Part shown: positions 53,049 to 61,982 of the stretch, piece after piece
How positions within the stretch are numbered: position 1 is the stretch's first letter
How the letters are laid out: every line of letters begins with the position of its first letter
DNA from: Kiritimatiellia bacterium
GTDB lineage: Bacteria > Verrucomicrobiota > Kiritimatiellia > RFP12 > UBA1067
Assembly (NCBI GenBank): GCA_017514235.1
Contig: JAFWKK010000026.1
Location: forward strand, 114 to 64,113
Direction of reading: 5' to 3'
Length of the DNA: 64,000 nucleotides
Program-made: the position numbers and the translations under genes
Notes under the pieces: generated by a model
Databases searched by the model: none
Told to the model about the DNA's origin: nothing
Seen by the model: the letters and a program-made list of their open reading frames with translations, nothing else

Positions 53049-54263
53049 TCATTTGTTGCGGTTTTCGTTTCGATAGGCACGCAGGGTGGTGCCGAACGTG
53101 CGGCGGAAGAGTGCGTTGAGGTGGGTTTGCGCCGGAAAGCCGCAGCGTTCGGCGATTTCGCAGATCGGCAGGTCTGTGTCAGTCAGCATGCGGCAGACTT
53201 CCGCCAGTTTTTGCCGTCGGATGGCCGTTGCCACGCCTTCTTTCCTTACCTTGCCGAATCGCATTTCAAGAAGGTTGCGCGAAATGTGAAGCGCGGCGGC
53301 GAGGCTTTGCACGGTCAGCCCCTTGGGCGAGGGCGGCAGCCCTTGGCAGGCGTGCGAGCGAATGAGCTTTTCGGCGGCGGTGACGAGACGGACCGAACCG
53401 GACAGGTCGCGCGTCGTGTCGCGTTCGGCGATGCGCAGCACCCCGCACGTCAGGTGGTTCTGCGCCCGGCCCGTGACGAGCAGAGACTCCATGCTCTGCG
53501 CAGCGAGCCTGCCGACCCCGAAGAAGTCCGGCTCTATGCTTGTCAGGCGTGGCCAGACGTTGTCGCATATGTCCTCAGAATTGTCAACGCCAACGACCTG
53601 AATCTGCTCAGGGATTCGCAGTTTCGCATAGTTGCAGGCGTCAATTACTTCGCGCGCGACTCGGTCGTTGTAGGCCATGACGCCACATGGGCACGGAAGC
53701 TTGGAAAGCTCTTCGGTGAGCGCTTTCATCGACGCCGCCCAGTCCGCTACCTTGTGTTTCTTGCGCTGACATTCGGTGCAGTCTAAGCCGGCATCCTCGG
53801 CCATGCGCATGAACGTCGCCGCCCGCGCACGCGAGTGGCTGACGTCTTCGTTCGTGGCCGATGGGTGCACGTAGGCAAAGTGTTGGAGACCTCGCTTTGC
53901 CAGCAGACGGAACGCTTCGGCGGCAATCTGAGTGTTGTCGATGCCGACAAACACCGTTCGGCGCGGGAAGCGCATGTTTTCCTTTTTGTCCGGGCTTTCA
54001 AAAGCAATGATGTTCGGAATGCGATCGAAGCGAACATTGCCAATGTAATACGAAGAATTCAGGTAGATGCCGTCGGGTTTCCATCCCAGGACGATCCTGT
54101 TCCACGCTTTGCGGTCTTGTATGTCCCCAGTGGCGAAGAACCGAATGTCCCACGGCAGCGAACGTTCCATGGCATGGCGCATGAAACCCGAACAGCAATC
54201 CCGGAGTGATTTGGGGTTTGACCCTGTGTCAATTGCAATCCTGAATTTCCTTTCGTCGTCCAT
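53049..54263 (-). CDS. XylR-type regulator (LacI-like sensor domain plus C-terminal AraC HTH)
   Basis: VGIDN, GVMAYND, VVGVDN, LTSIEPD, IAERCGF, FRR.FG.T. Start moved to 54263 because TGATATAAT lies 7 nt before it; the ORF-track start is 54296. Confidence 0.9.
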   Translation of the reverse strand: MDDERKFRIAIDTGSNPKSLRDCCSGFMRHAMERSLPWDIRFFATGDIQDRKAWNRIVLGWKPDGIYLNSSYYIGNVRFDRIPNIIAFESPDKKENMRFPRRTVFVGIDNTQIAAEAFRLLAKRGLQHFAYVHPSATNEDVSHSRARAATFMRMAEDAGLDCTECQRKKHKVADWAASMKALTEELSKLPCPCGVMAYNDRVAREVIDACNYAKLRIPEQIQVVGVDNSEDICDNVWPRLTSIEPDFFGVGRLAAQSMESLLVTGRAQNHLTCGVLRIAERDTTRDLSGSVRLVTAAEKLIRSHACQGLPPSPKGLTVQSLAAALHISRNLLEMRFGKVRKEGVATAIRRQKLAEVCRMLTDTDLPICEIAERCGFPAQTHLNALFRRTFGTTLRAYRNENRNK

Positions 54264-54391
54264 GCGTGATATTATATCATATTCAGTCTCGGCCATTTGG
54301 CAAAAACATAACTATTCATATGCGAAAACAGAAATGTGCGATAGATAAATTTGATACAATTTAAACAAACAGAGGGAAGGAACCAAACATT

Positions 54392-57300
54392 ATGAAAAAA
54401 TCGATCCTGTTTGCTATTGCGGCCATGCTTGCTGGCTCAGCAGCGGCGTATAACTACGACCGGCTCCTGGACGCGATCTACGTTCCAGACGGTGTCTACT
54501 TCGACACGCGCTATGTCGTCAGGGATAATCCGCGCGTCGTCGCCAGCATAAGCGTCAGCGAACTGGATTACGACTTTGACCTTTTCGGAGTCAAGCACCG
54601 CAGCGAGGGCTGCTGGATTCTCAACGTTGACGGGACCACGACCGGCGGTTACCAGCCGAGCTTCTACTATCGCTACGGGACGGCTAATAGCGGCGGCGCG
54701 GTCGGCGGCTACTCCGCCCGCCAGCGCCTCGACATCGACTGCGGCAAGACGCTTGTCGTGAACGGATTGGAACTCCAGGCCTTCAACGACTATGACTTTT
54801 CAGAGAACACCACGACGATGACGATTCCCGGAACCGAGGATGCCCATCGGTTCACGCTCATGGCGTTCCAGCTGTGGGACGGCGGAGTCCTCGTGCGCGA
54901 CTTCCTGCCGGCCGAGAAGAACGGCGTCTGCGGACTCTACGACCGCGCGAACGACCAGTTCTACGCGCCGGAATCCGGCACGGTGGAGCCGGCGTACGAC
55001 CAGCTCGTCGATGCCATCCACATTCCGACAGGAGCCTACTTTGAAACAGACTGCGTCGTAAAGGACAATCCGCGCGTCATTGCGGACGTGAGCCCCGACA
55101 CGACCACCGACTTCGACGTGTTCGGAGTCAAGCCCCGCGGCGAAGGCTGCTGGATTCTCAACCTCGATGTGTCCAGCACGTACGGCCCAAGCTTCTATTA
55201 TCGCTACGGCACGGCGTCGCACGGCGGCCCGGTCGGCAATTTCGCCGCCTATCAGCGACTTCTGATCGACTGCGGCAAGACGCTTGTCGTAAACGGAACC
55301 GCGCTTCAGACATTTGGCGACTACGACTTCTCCGGCAACGAATACCAGATGAGGGTTCCCGGCAACGAAGATCCCGGCGCGTGCACGCTCAGGTCGTTCA
55401 AGATCGAGGACGGCGGGCGGCTCGTGCGTGACTTCGTTCCGGCGGTCAAGAACGGCGAATACGGGCTCTACGACCGCATCGCCGGACAGTTCTACACGAA
55501 CGTCGGCACCGGCACGGTAACGGCTGAGCCGTACGACCGGCTTCTGGAGGCGATACACATTCCGAGCGGCACCTATTTCAACACGGGCTGCGTCGTCACC
55601 GACAACCCGCGCGTCATTGCCGACGTGAGCGCAGACACAGAATATGATTTCGACCTTTTCGGCGTCAAGAACCGCAGTGAAGGCTGCTGGATTCTCAATC
55701 TCGACTATTCCCAAGGTCTCGGCCCTCGCTTCTACTACCGCTATGGCACTGCCGCGAACAATGGCGCGGTTGGTGAGTTTGCCGCCGGGCAGCGCATGAC
55801 CATCGAATGCAGCCAATCGCTTGTCGTCAACGGCGAGACCGTTCAGACGGTTAACACCTATGACTTCTCCGACAATGACACGGCAATGACGGTTCCGGGA
55901 ACAGAAGACCCCGGAGCGTGCACGCTTTGGTCGTTCAAGATCGAGAACGGCGGCGAGTATGTGCGTGTATTCATTCCCGCCGAGAAGGACGGCGTCTGCG
56001 GACTCTACGACCGCGTCAATCATCAGTTCTATGCGCCCGCTTCGGGGGAGGTCACGCCTGTCGCAACGGCGTCTCCGACAGAGCTGGCGGTCAAGCGCGG
56101 CGAATTCCCGAATCCGGTCGCCGTCCTTAGCTGGCGCCCCGCCCTTGGCTCGTCGGGAACGTCGATCTTGCGGGGGCCCGGCGCGAACGGGCCGTGGGTG
56201 GAGGTTGCGCAGGTCGGTGAATACGCCGACACATACGTGGATGCGTCCGCCCCAGTCGGCGTACTGTGCCACTACCGCGTCGCCGCGAACTATTCGATAG
56301 GCGGCGATGACGTTTCGCTTACGAACGAGACTTCGGTCGCGTTCCGTCGCTGGCGGCTTCTGGAACGCGATCTTGGTGACTTGGGGCATCTTCGCTCCGG
56401 CGTGAACATCATCTACAACTGCGGAGAGCAAGCCCAGACTCCGGCTTACGAGAACAACAACACGTGGGAGGCCGTCACGAACAGCATCATGCTCGCGTTC
56501 AACAACGTCCTCTACAAGAGCGGGGCCACTAGCGCGGGCCAGATGATGTCAAGCTCCGGATACCCCTACAGCAGGGACTGGGTCGGTATCGCCGACGCTT
56601 CGCCGGACACGTGCATAGGCGTCGATCTTGGCGAGACGGCGCACGTCGCCCACGCGCGATTCTACGCCGTCACGACCGAGTCCGAGGGGACCTGGCGTGT
56701 TACAGGCCTGACGCTTTTCGGGTCGAATGACGCGGACTGGATTCAGGACGGCAACCGCACGGCGCTGACCGAGCCGCTCGTCTGGAACGGCTTCTGCGTC
56801 TGGCATGACAACGACAGCCTCGACACCGCCAACTCGTACCGCTACCTCTACTACACCAATCCCGGCTATCAATGGAGCGGCTACGTATCCGAAATCCAGC
56901 TCTACGGATGGCTTGATTCCGATCTTGCGGAGGTTGCGCAGGCAGTGGAAGACATTGCGGTTTCGTATGGAAGCGGCGCGACGCCGTCCGTGACGCTGAC
57001 ATGGACGCCTGTCGGCTACGGCACGTACACCGTCGAGCGCAAGACGGACGACGGCGCATGGGAGGTCGTGGGCAGCGACATTCCTGCCACATCCGCGTCT
57101 TGGACGGATTCGAGCGTTTCGTCCGGTACTCGCTACACGTATCGCGTTAAGACAATCAACGGCGAAGGCGTGGCGTATTCGGCGGACAGCACGGCACGTC
57201 CGTACCTCGCCGGGAACGGCACGGGGCTTCATGGCGAATGGTGGACCAACTATGTCGCTACGACAGGTGGCGAGGCGTTGGCGCTCGTCACTACGAATGC

Positions 57301-58288
57301 GACGATTGACATTGCGAACGCTTCGGCTGGCGGTGAGACGGAGAACCTTTTCGTCCGCTGGTCAGGCAAGCTGATCGCGCCCTTCGCCGGGGACTATGCG
57401 TTCGACGCGGAAGCCGACGGCGGCATGTATCTCTGGATAGACGGCAATCCTGTTTTGTACCAGGACGTGTCGAGCGGCACAGTCAGTCTGGCTGCTGGAG
57501 AACACGACATCACGGCGACATGGTGCCACAAGAACGGTGCGGGCTTCTGCCGACTCTATTGGGCCGGAAGCGTAGAGCGCGCCATTGTCCCGGCTTCGCA
57601 GCTTGTACCCGTTGCTCCGAGGGCATTGCCAGATGGCTGGGCGAACGCCCGGTCGTTTGATGCCGACGCCAATTCCCCGTTCTCTGGCGACGTCAGGGTG
57701 AACGCCGATGGTTCGCTTGACTTCGCGCAGAGCGGACGCGGTCTTTTCTTTAACATCAGCGGCTACAACTTCCTGTGGCAGCCGATGGAGGGCGACTTCA
57801 TCCTGACGGCCAAGGTGGAGTCGCTTCCTGTCGCCAACCAGTGGCTTTGGCGCAGAGCCGGACTGATGGTGCGCAGCTCGCTCGACGCCACCGCGATGAT
57901 GAACGCATACGGCGTGTATCTGGAGGAAGGCGGCCTTTATGTTGTCGAGAGCCGGCAGAAGACGACGGCGACAGCTACAGAAGGAATAGCCACGCAGGCG
58001 AAAGTCGCCGGTGCGACGCTTGAGTCGTACTCCGCGACTCCAACATGGGTGCGCCTGATCCGCCAGGGCAACAAGTTCACGTGCCTGTACAGGCTCTCGG
58101 CGGCGGGCGAGTGGCTCAAAATCTACGAATACGAGGATGTGAACGGCGAGTACGGCGAAACGGTCTATGCCGGGCTTGCGGCCTGGGGCGACGGCTATGG
58201 TTCAAGCACGGCCATTCCATACTACCTCTGGCGCTTCTCCGGCATTCGTTGCCACGAGGCGAAGGGGACGCTACTCATCCTTCGGTAA
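54392..58288 (+). CDS. Secreted multidomain surface protein: 3 LamG-like repeats, FN3, discoidin(F5/8)-like, FN3, PA14, beta-sandwich
   Basis: Signal peptide; repeats start at 54455, 54995 and 55532; VTLTWTP..Y.VER...YTYRVK (FN3); GLHGEW...RWSGKL.AP..G.Y (PA14); ends KGTLLILR. Confidence 0.75.
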   Translation: MKKSILFAIAAMLAGSAAAYNYDRLLDAIYVPDGVYFDTRYVVRDNPRVVASISVSELDYDFDLFGVKHRSEGCWILNVDGTTTGGYQPSFYYRYGTANSGGAVGGYSARQRLDIDCGKTLVVNGLELQAFNDYDFSENTTTMTIPGTEDAHRFTLMAFQLWDGGVLVRDFLPAEKNGVCGLYDRANDQFYAPESGTVEPAYDQLVDAIHIPTGAYFETDCVVKDNPRVIADVSPDTTTDFDVFGVKPRGEGCWILNLDVSSTYGPSFYYRYGTASHGGPVGNFAAYQRLLIDCGKTLVVNGTALQTFGDYDFSGNEYQMRVPGNEDPGACTLRSFKIEDGGRLVRDFVPAVKNGEYGLYDRIAGQFYTNVGTGTVTAEPYDRLLEAIHIPSGTYFNTGCVVTDNPRVIADVSADTEYDFDLFGVKNRSEGCWILNLDYSQGLGPRFYYRYGTAANNGAVGEFAAGQRMTIECSQSLVVNGETVQTVNTYDFSDNDTAMTVPGTEDPGACTLWSFKIENGGEYVRVFIPAEKDGVCGLYDRVNHQFYAPASGEVTPVATASPTELAVKRGEFPNPVAVLSWRPALGSSGTSILRGPGANGPWVEVAQVGEYADTYVDASAPVGVLCHYRVAANYSIGGDDVSLTNETSVAFRRWRLLERDLGDLGHLRSGVNIIYNCGEQAQTPAYENNNTWEAVTNSIMLAFNNVLYKSGATSAGQMMSSSGYPYSRDWVGIADASPDTCIGVDLGETAHVAHARFYAVTTESEGTWRVTGLTLFGSNDADWIQDGNRTALTEPLVWNGFCVWHDNDSLDTANSYRYLYYTNPGYQWSGYVSEIQLYGWLDSDLAEVAQAVEDIAVSYGSGATPSVTLTWTPVGYGTYTVERKTDDGAWEVVGSDIPATSASWTDSSVSSGTRYTYRVKTINGEGVAYSADSTARPYLAGNGTGLHGEWWTNYVATTGGEALALVTTNATIDIANASAGGETENLFVRWSGKLIAPFAGDYAFDAEADGGMYLWIDGNPVLYQDVSSGTVSLAAGEHDITATWCHKNGAGFCRLYWAGSVERAIVPASQLVPVAPRALPDGWANARSFDADANSPFSGDVRVNADGSLDFAQSGRGLFFNISGYNFLWQPMEGDFILTAKVESLPVANQWLWRRAGLMVRSSLDATAMMNAYGVYLEEGGLYVVESRQKTTATATEGIATQAKVAGATLESYSATPTWVRLIRQGNKFTCLYRLSAAGEWLKIYEYEDVNGEYGETVYAGLAAWGDGYGSSTAIPYYLWRFSGIRCHEAKGTLLILR

Positions 58289-58318
58289 AATTGGCATGAA
58301 GGGATGATGGCATAGAGT

Positions 58319-59794
58319 ATGGTCAATAAGTTCTTGATTGCATGTTGCATGGGTTTTGTCGTGTCGGTGGTGTCTGCCGCCGCTGTCAGCACGTCGGCGG
58401 TTGTCGCGAAATCGCCGATGGTGCTGTCCGTTGACTTCGCCGTTGAGAAGGGGCCCGTGAGGCGCGAGTTGCACTCGTCGGGCTACGCGCCGATGGTCGA
58501 GGATGTGGCCGACACCTCGCGCGACGTGAAGGCGCTGAACTTCCATTCCGTCCGCACCCATGACCTTGCGCGCATCAACGACGGCCAGCGCGTCGTCGAT
58601 GCGCATTTCATCTTTCCTCTGATGCATCTCGACGCGGCGAATCCGTCGAACTACTATTTCAAGGCGACAGACTACATGCTGGGGCTTTCCCGCGACATCG
58701 GCCTGGAGATTTTCTACCGGCTGGGGACATCCATCGAGCATACCGGCACGACGCACTTCAACGCCCGGATTCCCGAGGACATCGACAAGCTTGTCGAGAC
58801 CTTTGCCGGGACGGTGCGCCACTACAACCAGGGCTGGGCCGGCGGCAAGCGGTGGGGCATCAAATACTGGGAAATCTGGAACGAACCCGACGGTCTCAAC
58901 AACATGTGGTGTTTCAGCGGCAGAAACGACGAGGAAACATCCGAGCTGCGTCAGAAGCTTTTCGTGGAGCTGTACGTCAAGACACTGAAGCGGCTCAAGA
59001 GCGAGTTTCCCGAAATCAAGGTGGGCGGTCCTGCATTGTGCTGGTATAATGAGCCGTACCTCACGGCCCTATTCAAGGGTTGCAAGGAGGCGGGCGTCGC
59101 GCCAGACTTCATCTCGTGGCACTACTACGGCAACAGGCCCGACGACATCATGGAACAGGCTGAGTCCGCCCGTCGGCTGTGCGACGAGTACGGCTTCACG
59201 GACTGCGAACTGATCAACAACGAGTGGCACTTTCTCGGAGAGGGCGGATTCAGGGATTTGCGCAACAACGATCCAGCCGTGCAGGAGCGCGTTTGGTCAG
59301 GCCCCCATTCGCAGAACGGCATCGACTCGTCGTGCTTCACGCTTACTGTGCTGTCGCGTCTGCAGACATCCAAGTACAACCAGGCTTTCTTCTACGGCTG
59401 CAGGCACGAAGGCGCGTGGGGATACATGGACCACTTCGGCAACAAGTACAAGGTGTGGCATGCGCTGAAGGCGTTTGGCCAGCTTATGAAGAACTGCGCC
59501 ACGCTGTGCGAATCGACGCGCGAAGGCACGGTTACCACGTTTGCCGCGAAGTCGTCGGACGGCAATGCCGGCTGGCTGCTCGTCTCGGACTACTGCGGCA
59601 ACGGGAGCGAGATCGTGGTGGACGTGAAGAACGCCGGGGCGCTTGTGTCTGCCGAGATATTCGATCATGAGCGCAATTTTACCCCAGCTCGCGCGCTCAT
59701 GAAAGACGGTCGCCTGACGCTCAAGAAGGAGATCGACGGCTCCGCCGCATTCCTGGTGAAGTTTGACCTTTCGAAGGGATTGAACAACCTCTGA
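58319..59794 (+). CDS. GH39-family glycoside hydrolase
   Basis: VRTHD, YWEIWNEPD (acid/base), KVGGPA, DFISWH.Y, NNEW (nucleophile). Confidence 0.85.
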   Translation: MVNKFLIACCMGFVVSVVSAAAVSTSAVVAKSPMVLSVDFAVEKGPVRRELHSSGYAPMVEDVADTSRDVKALNFHSVRTHDLARINDGQRVVDAHFIFPLMHLDAANPSNYYFKATDYMLGLSRDIGLEIFYRLGTSIEHTGTTHFNARIPEDIDKLVETFAGTVRHYNQGWAGGKRWGIKYWEIWNEPDGLNNMWCFSGRNDEETSELRQKLFVELYVKTLKRLKSEFPEIKVGGPALCWYNEPYLTALFKGCKEAGVAPDFISWHYYGNRPDDIMEQAESARRLCDEYGFTDCELINNEWHFLGEGGFRDLRNNDPAVQERVWSGPHSQNGIDSSCFTLTVLSRLQTSKYNQAFFYGCRHEGAWGYMDHFGNKYKVWHALKAFGQLMKNCATLCESTREGTVTTFAAKSSDGNAGWLLVSDYCGNGSEIVVDVKNAGALVSAEIFDHERNFTPARALMKDGRLTLKKEIDGSAAFLVKFDLSKGLNNL

Positions 59795-59836
59795 CCTAAT
59801 GGACTCCGCCGCCGTGTTCGACAAACGCCGCGCCGT

Positions 59837-61951
59837 ATGAACAAGGAAACAAAAACAATGAAAAAACTACTGATGATGACATGCGCGGTGGCATCCGTGT
59901 TTAGCGTTTCGGCGACGGATTGGTATCGTGCGCGCAAAGATGACGCCGGGCGCTGGTGGGTGGTGGATCCCGACGGTCGCGACATTTTCCTGCGCGGCAT
60001 CGATCATGCGAACTGGAATGGGCATTTCTGCGAGGCGCTTGGCGTAAACCCGTACCGCGAGGAGAACAAGAAGCGTTACGCTTCGCAGTCCGAATGGGAA
60101 AAAGAAACTCTTGCCCGTCTCAAATCGTGGGGATTCAACGCCCTTGGCGCCGGTTGTTCTCCCGAGCTTCGCGGGCGCGGACTGCTTCACATCGAGTTTC
60201 TCGGCGTTGGCGAGAGGTTCAGCGCGAAGGGGAACGATTTCGCGATTTCGAAATTCGAGGGAACACCCGGAACCGCCTTCCCCGACGTGTTCCACCCCGA
60301 TTTCGCCGCGTTCTGCGACGAGTGGGCGGCACGGAAGTGCGCCCCGCAGAAAAAAAACCGCTCAATCCTCGGCTACTTCTTCGACAACGAGCTTGCATGG
60401 GGCGCGAAAGGCTCATCCGAGACGGGGATGTACGACGCTGTCGCGAATATGCCGGCGTCCCGTCACGCGCGACGCGCGCTGGACGCATTCCTCGCCGCGC
60501 GCGGTCTCGCCGCAGACGGCGCGGACGTGCCGCTTGAGGTGAAGACGGGATTTCTGCGCCTCGCCGCAAGCCGCTATTTCGGCATAATCGGCGATGCCGT
60601 TCGCCGGCACGACCCGAACCACCTTCTGCTCGGCGCGCGCTTCGCGGGCCTAAGCTCCGCACACCGCGTCGTGTGGGAGGAGGCTGGGAAGGTCTGCGAC
60701 ATACTGACGTTCAACAACTATCCCTGGGCGGACCTCGACGAGAACGTCATCTACTTCTCGCGCAAGGATGCGGTCAAGGCGGTCGATGCGTATGCGCAGC
60801 GCTACGAGTGGGCGAAGAAGCCGATGCTTATAACTGAGTGGAGTTTTCCGGCGCTCGACGCCGGCCTTCCGTGCGCCGGCGGCGCAGGCCAGCGTTTCAA
60901 CACCCAGGCCGAGCGCGTCCGCGCGACGGAGCTTTTCGCGCGCACGCTCCTTGCGCTGCCTTTCATGGTCGGTTACGACTATTTCATGTGGGTCGATGAA
61001 CCCGCGCTCGGCATAAGCAAGAAATTCCCCGAAGATTCAAACTACGGGCTTGTCAACGAGCGGGGCGAACCATACGCCGGAATCACCTCGATGTTCGCGC
61101 GGCTCAATCCGCAGGCCGAGGCTCTTCACGCAAAAGGTGAAATGCCGCCAGCCCGTGCGATCGACCGCGCCGCGCAGGCGAAGGCCGCCGTTTTCCCGTA
61201 CGACGCGCCGACGGCGTACGCGAACGCCGTCTTCACGCGCAGCGGCGACGAATACAGGCTTGAGGCGCCGACGGGCCTCGTTCTCAAGGGTCGTGTAGGC
61301 GGAAGATATGCGTTCGATTCGGTCGAGGCGGAGGGGCTCAAGTGTGGCAAGCTCACATTCATGCTCTACCACGGCGACTATCAAGACATCGACCGCGTAG
61401 AATCCGTCGAGTGGCTGCCGTCGCGCGGCGCGCTGCGCATCGCAGGCGTCGGCGCGAAGAACGGCCACTCATTCCGGATTGTGTGCGACATTGTGCCGTT
61501 CGCCAGAAAGCCGTGGTTTGCCGCGAACGTGGTGAGCGTCGAGAACACATGCGCGGAGGATTTCTCGGATATCAAGGTGTACTTCCGCCAGTACGCGCCG
61601 TGGTTCGGCGACTGGGCGAAAGGCGGCTACCGTGCGCCGCAGAATGTCTGGAAGGCGCCCGCGAGTGCCGTATGGATACGCTCGGCGGACGGTGCGTGGT
61701 GTGGCGGCGCGAGCTACGCGCCGACCGTCAGGGACTTCATTTACTGGATATCCGGCGAGGGTGCGCCGCATCCGGACGCGGTGTTCTCGCCGGTCGGCTC
61801 GACGCGCCTCGCGGCAGGTGCAACATGGCGTCCCGAAGGCAAGGCATGGATGGTCGCCGCCGCCGGGCGCGGTGGTGCGGACGGCTGGCGCAGGTTCCTC
61901 GGCGAGTTCGCCGACACGCAATCGCGCGGCGTCGATTTAAGCTGCAAGTAA
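59837..61951 (+). CDS. GH50 (beta-agarase-like) clan-A glycoside hydrolase with a C-terminal extra domain; start may be 59858
   Basis: WWVVDPDG..F.RG, RLKSWGFN..G, FPDVF.P.F, GYFFDNE..WG, DPNHLLLG.RF, LITEWSF, VGY.YF.W.DEP. Confidence 0.75.
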   Translation: MNKETKTMKKLLMMTCAVASVFSVSATDWYRARKDDAGRWWVVDPDGRDIFLRGIDHANWNGHFCEALGVNPYREENKKRYASQSEWEKETLARLKSWGFNALGAGCSPELRGRGLLHIEFLGVGERFSAKGNDFAISKFEGTPGTAFPDVFHPDFAAFCDEWAARKCAPQKKNRSILGYFFDNELAWGAKGSSETGMYDAVANMPASRHARRALDAFLAARGLAADGADVPLEVKTGFLRLAASRYFGIIGDAVRRHDPNHLLLGARFAGLSSAHRVVWEEAGKVCDILTFNNYPWADLDENVIYFSRKDAVKAVDAYAQRYEWAKKPMLITEWSFPALDAGLPCAGGAGQRFNTQAERVRATELFARTLLALPFMVGYDYFMWVDEPALGISKKFPEDSNYGLVNERGEPYAGITSMFARLNPQAEALHAKGEMPPARAIDRAAQAKAAVFPYDAPTAYANAVFTRSGDEYRLEAPTGLVLKGRVGGRYAFDSVEAEGLKCGKLTFMLYHGDYQDIDRVESVEWLPSRGALRIAGVGAKNGHSFRIVCDIVPFARKPWFAANVVSVENTCAEDFSDIKVYFRQYAPWFGDWAKGGYRAPQNVWKAPASAVWIRSADGAWCGGASYAPTVRDFIYWISGEGAPHPDAVFSPVGSTRLAAGATWRPEGKAWMVAAAGRGGADGWRRFLGEFADTQSRGVDLSCK

Positions 61952-61982
61952 TCAACTAAAGTAAACGTTCGAGATTTATGAA

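Noticed and set aside
53040-53051. Selenocysteine insertion at the in-frame UGA
   Set aside because: The position is an inter-domain linker with no catalytic Cys context, and the downstream stem does not clearly match a bacterial SECIS. Kept only as a generic read-through candidate.
44064-56431. Long minus-strand ORFs such as 44064-45962, 47154-48428 and 54800-56431 (also 30901-32436, 38481-40109, 40899-42548)
   Set aside because: They fully overlap well-supported plus-strand genes and have shadow-type composition.
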